This document shows positions 26,942 to 32,000 of a DNA stretch of 32,000 nucleotides, in pieces; positions within the stretch are counted from its first letter, which is position 1, and the number at the start of each line of letters is the position of its first letter. The position numbers were made by a program, and so were the translations under genes. Location of the stretch: assembly GCF_000017305.1 (NCBI RefSeq), contig NC_009664.2, positions 1,140,001 through 1,172,000 of the forward strand, given 5' to 3'. The stretch is from Kineococcus radiotolerans SRS30216 = ATCC BAA-149. Its GTDB lineage: Bacteria; Actinomycetota; Actinomycetes; Actinomycetales; Kineococcaceae. The notes below the pieces were generated by a model, which saw nothing but the letters and a program-made list of their open reading frames with translations, did not search any database and was not told the origin of the DNA.

Positions 26942-28966
26942 GTGGCGAGGGATGCGTGGAGCAGGCGGCGCGGTGGTCGGTACCGGTACGGCGAGTGGGC
27001 GGGCGGTCCCGACCCGCTGGCTCCCCCGTACGACGTGCGCGCCGCCCTCGACGAGGTCGGCCGGGAGGTCCTGCGCGGCGGGTCGCTGCGCGAGGCCCTG
27101 CGCGACCTGCTGCGCCGGGGACCCGACGGCCGCTCCGGCATGGACGAGCTGCGCGCCCGCGCCGCCCGGCTGCGCAAGGAGGCCGCCCGCCGCGGCGACC
27201 TGGACGGGGCCCTGACCAAGGCCCGGGCCCAGCTGGACCAGGCCCTCGCCGCCGAGCGCGACGAGCTCGCCGGCCGCGACGGCGACGACGCCCGCTTCGC
27301 CGAGACCCGCCTGGACGCCCTGCCCCGCTCCACCGCGCAGGCCGTGCGCGACCTCGAGGACTACCCGTGGGCCTCCGAGGCGGCCCGGCAGCAGTACCAG
27401 CGGATCCTCGACGCCCTGCGCGAGGACGTCCTCGGCCAGCAGTTCCAGGGGATGAAGCAGGCCCTCCAGGGCGGGGACCCGGCGGCGATGCAGGCGCTCA
27501 AGGACATGATGAGCGACCTCAACGACCTCCTGGCCAAGAAGGCCCGCGGCGAGGACACGCCCGAGGACTTCCAGGAGTTCATGGCGAAGCACGGCGAGAC
27601 GCTGGGCGAGGAGGGGATCGAGGACCTCGACGACCTCGTCGACGCCCTCGCCCGCCGCGCCGCCGCCGCCTCCCGGCTCATGCGTTCCCTCTCCCCGCAG
27701 CAGCGCGAGGAGCTGCAGTCGCTGATGCAGCAGGCGATGGGCGACGACGTCGACCTCCAGGCCCAGGTGGCCCAGCTCGGCGACAACCTCCGCGCCCTGC
27801 GCCCCGACCTCGACTTCTCCCGCGGCGAGCGCGTCCGCGGCCAGCGCGGCAGCGAGCCCCTCGGCTACGGGGAGGCCGCCGACGCGCTGCAGGACGTCTC
27901 CGAGCTCGACGACCTCCTCGACCAGCTCGGCCAGGAGCACCCCGGGGCGACCCTCGACGACGTCGACGTCGACGTCCTGGAACGCCAGCTGGGCCGGGGC
28001 GCCGCCGACGACCTGCGCCGGTTGCGCGACCTCGAGCGCGAGCTGCAGCGGCAGGGGTGGCTCTCCCGCTCCGCGGAGGGGCTCACCCTCTCCCCCAAGG
28101 CCCTGCGCCGCCTGGGCCAGACCGCGCTGCGCGACGTCCTGGGCCGCCTCGACGCGGGGGGCCGGGGGGAGCACGACGACCGCGACGCCGGCGCCGGCGG
28201 GGAACCGACCGGGGCGACCCGGCCGTGGCGCTTCGGCGACGAGCAGCCCCTCGACGTTGTCCGCACCGTGTCCAACGCCCTCAAGCGCGGCGCCGCCCAG
28301 GAGCGCTCCGGGGCGGTGGCGCTGTCCTGGGAGGACTTCGAGGTCGTCGAGACCGAGCGCCGCACCGGCGCGGCCGTCGCGCTGTGCGTGGACCTGTCCT
28401 TCTCGATGGCCGCCGAGGGCCGCTGGGGCCCGATGAAGGAGACGGCGCTGGCCCTCTCCCACCTCATCTCGACGAAGTTCCCCCACGACGCCCTGCAGAT
28501 CATCGGGTTCGGGCTGCACGCCCAGCCCATGACGGTCGGGGAGCTCGCCGAGGTCGAACCGGACTTCGTGCAGGGCACCAACCTCCAGCACGCCCTGAGC
28601 CTGGCCCGGCGCCACCTGCGCCGGCACCCCGACGCCGAGCCCGTGGTCCTCGTCATCACCGACGGCGAACCCACCGCCCACCTCGACGACAGCCGCGGCG
28701 CCCCCGAGGCGGTGTTCCAGTGGCCGCCGACCCCGGCGGCCATCCGGGCCACCGTGCACGAGGTCGACCTCCTCACCCGCTCCGGGGCGACCATCAACCT
28801 GTTCATGCTGGGCGAGGACCCCGGTCTGCGCCGGTTCGTCGAGGCCGTCGCCCGCCGCAACGGGGGCCGGGTGCTCTCCCCCAGCCCCGACCGCCTCGGG
28901 CAGTACGTCGTCGACGACTACCTGCGCTCGCGCGGTGGGCGACGCGGCGGGCGCCGCGCCTCCTGA
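26942..28966 (+). CDS. VWA-domain protein with long acidic helical N-terminal region (Rv0959-like partner of the AAA+ ATPase)
   Basis: 674 aa. N-terminus RYRYGEWAGGPDPLAPPYD. About 450 aa of Asp/Glu/Leu/Arg-rich helical sequence. C-terminal VWA domain with an intact MIDAS (ALCVDLSFSM ... VLVITDGEPTA). It is the 3' part of ORF 26312..28966, with the GTG start at 26942. Confidence 0.88.
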   Translation: MARDAWSRRRGGRYRYGEWAGGPDPLAPPYDVRAALDEVGREVLRGGSLREALRDLLRRGPDGRSGMDELRARAARLRKEAARRGDLDGALTKARAQLDQALAAERDELAGRDGDDARFAETRLDALPRSTAQAVRDLEDYPWASEAARQQYQRILDALREDVLGQQFQGMKQALQGGDPAAMQALKDMMSDLNDLLAKKARGEDTPEDFQEFMAKHGETLGEEGIEDLDDLVDALARRAAAASRLMRSLSPQQREELQSLMQQAMGDDVDLQAQVAQLGDNLRALRPDLDFSRGERVRGQRGSEPLGYGEAADALQDVSELDDLLDQLGQEHPGATLDDVDVDVLERQLGRGAADDLRRLRDLERELQRQGWLSRSAEGLTLSPKALRRLGQTALRDVLGRLDAGGRGEHDDRDAGAGGEPTGATRPWRFGDEQPLDVVRTVSNALKRGAAQERSGAVALSWEDFEVVETERRTGAAVALCVDLSFSMAAEGRWGPMKETALALSHLISTKFPHDALQIIGFGLHAQPMTVGELAEVEPDFVQGTNLQHALSLARRHLRRHPDAEPVVLVITDGEPTAHLDDSRGAPEAVFQWPPTPAAIRATVHEVDLLTRSGATINLFMLGEDPGLRRFVEAVARRNGGRVLSPSPDRLGQYVVDDYLRSRGGRRGGRRAS

Positions 28967-29009
28967 AACCGCGTGGCCACCCCGGTCCCGGCTGTGCGAC
29001 GGTGCCGGG

Positions 29010-30251
29010 GTGGGCGGCGCCGGGGTGAGCGCCGCCGCGCGGGTGGTGGAGGTCGTCCTCCCCCGCCGGCTCGGGACGGGCTTCCGCTGGCTCATCGCCT
29101 CCAGCTGGGCCAGCAACCTCGGCGACGGCGTCGCGCTGGCGGCGGGTCCCCTGCTGATCGCCTCGCTCACCGACGACGCCCTCCCGGTGGCGCTGGCCGC
29201 CCTGGCCGCGTGGCTGCCGCCCCTGCTGTTCGGCCTCACCGCGGGCGTGCTCTCCGACCGCCTGGACCGGCGGCGCATCGTGCTCACCGTCGACCTCGTC
29301 CGCGCCGGGCTCCTCCTCGCCCTCGCCGCGGTCGTCGCCACCGGGCGCGCGAGCGTCCCGCTCGTGCTGGGCGCGCTGTTCCTGCTCGCCACCGCCGAGG
29401 TGTTCGCGGACAACACCGCGAGCACGCTGCTGCCGGTACTGGTCGCCCGCGACGACCTCGCGCTCGCCAACGCCCGGGTGCAGACGGGCTTCGTGACGGT
29501 CAACCAGCTCGCCGGCCCGCCCCTGGGCGCGGTGCTGTTCACCCTCGGGACCGCGTCGCCCTTCGCCACGCAGGCGGCGCTGTGCGCTCTGGCCGGAGCC
29601 TTCGTCGCCCGCCTGCGCCTGCCCGCCCGCGCCGCCGACCGGCCTCCCACCACCGCCTGGCACGACGTCCGCGAGGGGATCCGCTGGACCGCGCACCACC
29701 CCGCCGTCCGGGTGCTGGTCCTGACGATCTTCGTCTTCAACGTCACCTTCGGCGCGGCCTGGTCGGTCCTCGTCCTCTACTCCACCCAGCGCCTCGGGCT
29801 GGGTGCGGTCGGCTACGGCCTGATCACCACCACCGGCGCCGTCGGCGGCGTCCTCGGGACCCTCGCCCACGGCGCGATCACCCGGCGGGTGTCGCTGGGC
29901 GCCCTGATGCGGGTCGGCCTCGTCGTCGAGACCCTCACCCACCTCGCCCTGGCCCTGGCCCGCTCGCCGTGGGTGGCCCTGCCGGTGTTCTTCGTCTTCG
30001 GCGTCCACGCCTTCGTCTGGGGCACGACGTCGATCACCGTGCGCCAGCGCGTGGTCCCCCACGACCTCCAGGGCCGCGTCGGGGCCGTCAACACCGCCGG
30101 GTCCTTCGGGGGCCTGGCGATCGGCAGCGCCGTCGGCGGGGTCCTCGCCCAGCACCACGGCGTGACGGCCCCGTTCTGGTTCGCCGCCGCCGGCTCCGCC
30201 GTCCTCGTCGCCCTGGTGTGGCGCCCGCTGCGCCACGTCGCCCACGACTGA
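29010..30251 (+). CDS. MFS transporter (EntS/MFS_3-like)
   Basis: About 12 TM segments. FRWLIASSWASNLGDGVALAAGPLL and GVLSDRLDRRRI (the MFS loop 2-3 motif). Start is uncertain: GTG 29010 or 29025. The track ATG at 28935 would overlap the VWA gene by 32 nt. Confidence 0.85.
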   Translation: MGGAGVSAAARVVEVVLPRRLGTGFRWLIASSWASNLGDGVALAAGPLLIASLTDDALPVALAALAAWLPPLLFGLTAGVLSDRLDRRRIVLTVDLVRAGLLLALAAVVATGRASVPLVLGALFLLATAEVFADNTASTLLPVLVARDDLALANARVQTGFVTVNQLAGPPLGAVLFTLGTASPFATQAALCALAGAFVARLRLPARAADRPPTTAWHDVREGIRWTAHHPAVRVLVLTIFVFNVTFGAAWSVLVLYSTQRLGLGAVGYGLITTTGAVGGVLGTLAHGAITRRVSLGALMRVGLVVETLTHLALALARSPWVALPVFFVFGVHAFVWGTTSITVRQRVVPHDLQGRVGAVNTAGSFGGLAIGSAVGGVLAQHHGVTAPFWFAAAGSAVLVALVWRPLRHVAHD

Positions 30252-30254
30252 ACG

Positions 30255-30292
30255 CGCGACGGGGCCGGGTCCGCGGACCCGGCCCCGTCGCG
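30255..30292. terminator. Bidirectional perfect palindrome between convergent MFS and metB genes
   Basis: cgcgacggggccgggtcc-gc-ggacccggccccgtcgcg gives 16-18 bp of perfect stem, 4 nt after the MFS stop and 5 nt after the metB stop. Confidence 0.65.
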
Positions 30293-30296
30293 GGCC

Positions 30297-31478
30297 TCAG
30301 CCCAGCGCCTGCGCGAGGTCAGCGACGAGGTCGTCCGCGTCCTCGATCCCGACGGAGAGCCGGATGAGGTCGTCGGGGACCTCGAGCAGGGACCCCGCGA
30401 CTGCGGCGTGGGTCATCTTGCCGGGGTGCTCGACGAGGGACTCCACGCCGCCGAGGGACTCCCCCAGGGTGAACAGCTGCGTCGCCTTGCAGACGGCGAG
30501 GGCGTCGTCGACGGAGGCGGTGCGGAAGCTGATCATCCCGCCGAAGCGCTTCATCTGGCGGGCCGCGACGTCGTGGTTGCGGTGCTCGGGCAGACCCGGG
30601 TAGAGGATCTTGGTGATCCGGGGGTGGGACTGCAGGAACTCCACGACGCGCTCGGCGTTGTCGCAGTGGCGCTCCATGCGCACCGCGAGGGTCTTCAGGC
30701 CGCGCTGGACCAGCCAGGAGTCGAAGGGCCCGGGGACCCCGCCCATCGCGTTCTGGTGGAAGCCGATGCGCTCGGTCAGGGAGCTCCCGCGCCCGTCGTC
30801 GCCGTCGCGCACGACGACGGCGCCGCCGACGACGTCGGAGTGGCCGCCGGCGTACTTCGTCGTCGAGCTGACGACGAGGTCGGCGCCGAGGGTCAGGGGC
30901 GTCTGCAGGTACGGGGTCGCGAAGGTGTTGTCCACGACGAGCAGGGCCCCGGCGGCGTGGGTGACCTCGGCGAGGGCCGCGATGTCGGCGATCGTCAGCA
31001 GCGGGTTGGTGGGGGTCTCCACCCACACCAGGCGGGTCTTCCCGGGGCGGATCGCCTCGCGGACGGCGTCGACGGAGGCGAGGTCGACGGGGGTGTGCTC
31101 GACGCCCCAGGGCTCCACGACCCGCTTCACGAGGCGGTAGGTGCCGCCGTAGGCGTCGTCGGGGACGACGACGTGGTCGCCGGGCTTGAGCAGGGCCCGC
31201 AGGATCGCGTCCTCGGCGGCGAGGCCGGAGGCGAAGGCGAACCCGGCGTCGCCCTGCTCCAGGGAGGCGAGCTGGGACTCCAGGGAGGTGCGGGTGGGGT
31301 TGCCGGAGCGGGAGTACTCGTAGCCGGTGCCGAGACCGGTGCGCAGCGTCCCGACGCCGTCCTGCTTGTAGGTCGAGACCTGGTAGATCGGCGTCACCAC
31401 GGCGCCGGTGGCGGGGTCGGCCTCCTGGCCGGCGTGGATGGCTCGGGTGGAGAAGCCTGGCAGCTGCGAGTCGGTCAC
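30297..31478 (-). CDS. metB: Cystathionine gamma-synthase/lyase (PLP-dependent Cys/Met metabolism family)
   Basis: 393 aa. FSTRAIHAGQ, YEYSRSGNPTR, VVDNTFATP, and the PLP-lysine motif SSTKYAGGHSD. GTG start with TAGGCT 6 nt upstream. Synthase versus lyase cannot be decided from sequence by eye. Confidence 0.9.
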   Translation of the reverse strand: MTDSQLPGFSTRAIHAGQEADPATGAVVTPIYQVSTYKQDGVGTLRTGLGTGYEYSRSGNPTRTSLESQLASLEQGDAGFAFASGLAAEDAILRALLKPGDHVVVPDDAYGGTYRLVKRVVEPWGVEHTPVDLASVDAVREAIRPGKTRLVWVETPTNPLLTIADIAALAEVTHAAGALLVVDNTFATPYLQTPLTLGADLVVSSTTKYAGGHSDVVGGAVVVRDGDDGRGSSLTERIGFHQNAMGGVPGPFDSWLVQRGLKTLAVRMERHCDNAERVVEFLQSHPRITKILYPGLPEHRNHDVAARQMKRFGGMISFRTASVDDALAVCKATQLFTLGESLGGVESLVEHPGKMTHAAVAGSLLEVPDDLIRLSVGIEDADDLVADLAQALG

Positions 31479-31551
31479 GGGACCAGCCTAGGGAACGTCC
31501 GGGGCGTCCTCGCGGTTGGAACGGTCACGACGGCGAAGAGGAGTTGGTGAC

Positions 31552-32000
31552 GTGCTGTTCGGCAACCCGTACAAGACGACGATGGTGACCGCGGACCAGG
31601 CCCTGCGGGGCTCGGCGACGCGGCGCTTCGAGGTCCCCGCGACCCACGCGGTCCTGGGCACCCCGCTGGAGGGGCCGTGGCCCGAGGGCACCGAGGTGAT
31701 CTCGTTCGCCATGGGCTGCTACTGGGGCGCGGAGCGCATCTTCTGGCGCCAGCCGGGGGTCGTGACGACCGCGGCGGGCTTCCAGGGGGGCTTCACGGAG
31801 AACCCGACGTACGAGGAGTCCACGACGGGCCGCACCGGCCACGCCGAGACGGTCCTCGTGGCCTACGACCCCACCGCGACGTCCGCGGAGCAGCTGCTGA
31901 AGATCTTCTGGGAGAACCACGACCCCACGCAGGGCTACCGCCAGGGCAACGACCGCGGCACGGAGTACCGCTCGGCCGTCTACACGACGACCGACGAGCA
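31552..32000 (+). CDS. msrA: Peptide-methionine (S)-S-oxide reductase MsrA (3' end outside the window)
   Basis: Absent from the ORF track because there is no stop in the window. Manual translation from GTG 31552 (GAGGAG 8 nt upstream): [21 protein letters not shown]...[59 protein letters not shown]...[29 protein letters not shown]. This is collinear with E. coli MsrA as I recall it. Confidence 0.88.
   Translation, partial: MLFGNPYKTTMVTADQALRGSATRRFEVPATHAVLGTPLEGPWPEGTEVISFAMGCYWGAERIFWRQPGVVTTAAGFQGGFTENPTYEESTTGRTGHAETVLVAYDPTATSAEQLLKIFWENHDPTQGYRQGNDRGTEYRSAVYTTTDE

Noticed and set aside
26864-29746. 960-aa minus-strand ORF antisense to the VWA and MFS genes
   Set aside because: Extreme Ala/Arg/Gly/Pro composition and no recognisable motif. 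It overlaps two plus-strand genes with clear domain signatures (MIDAS, MFS loop), so it is a GC-driven open frame.

Overview
Very GC-rich (by eye well above 70% G+C, GC3-saturated codons) actinobacterial chromosomal core. I can support 28 protein-coding genes, two of them cut by the window edges, plus one speculative uORF. I saw no rRNA or tRNA genes, no transposase, integrase or IS ends, and no CRISPR array.

Gene content, left to right:
- GNAT/CelD-like acetyltransferase (partial).
- A translationally coupled LpqY-SugABC-like sugar ABC importer operon (minus strand).
- fumC and a CPA1 Na+/H+ antiporter.
- A stand-alone rpsD with a structured leader.
- A DUF2470 protein and a secreted SLT/Apf-like muralytic protein.
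- PIN-PhoH fusion (PhoH2).
- Rv1086-like Z-prenyl diphosphate synthase.
- An orphan Tat-lipoprotein solute-binding protein.
- Hemolysin-III/PAQR protein, thioredoxin-fold DUF255 protein, Gfo/Idh/MocA oxidoreductase.
- mca with a coupled small membrane protein, a DUF4307 protein, greA.
- AI-2E permease, a ChlI/MoxR-like AAA+ ATPase, a small hypothetical, mmsA, a VWA/MIDAS protein, an MFS transporter.
- metB and msrA (partial).

Order and orientation recall the mycobacterial metB-greA-mca-...-phoH2-fumC (Rv1079-Rv1098c) neighbourhood.

I found no clear-cut new defence or mobile system. The observations most worth follow-up are:
1. The function-unknown AAA+/VWA pair, split by an opposite-strand mmsA cassette, with both halves keeping an identical leaderless-type promoter core.
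2. PhoH2 preceded by a Shine-Dalgarno-led 26-codon uORF and a GC hairpin, a toxin-antitoxin-like bicistronic layout.
3. A near-consensus CRP/GlxR palindrome and a ~230-nt structured leader upstream of the muralytic gene.
4. A strong leader hairpin upstream of stand-alone rpsD.
5. An AT-rich perfect palindrome in the mmsA/VWA divergent region.

All product names rest on motif recognition by eye. No database search was possible.
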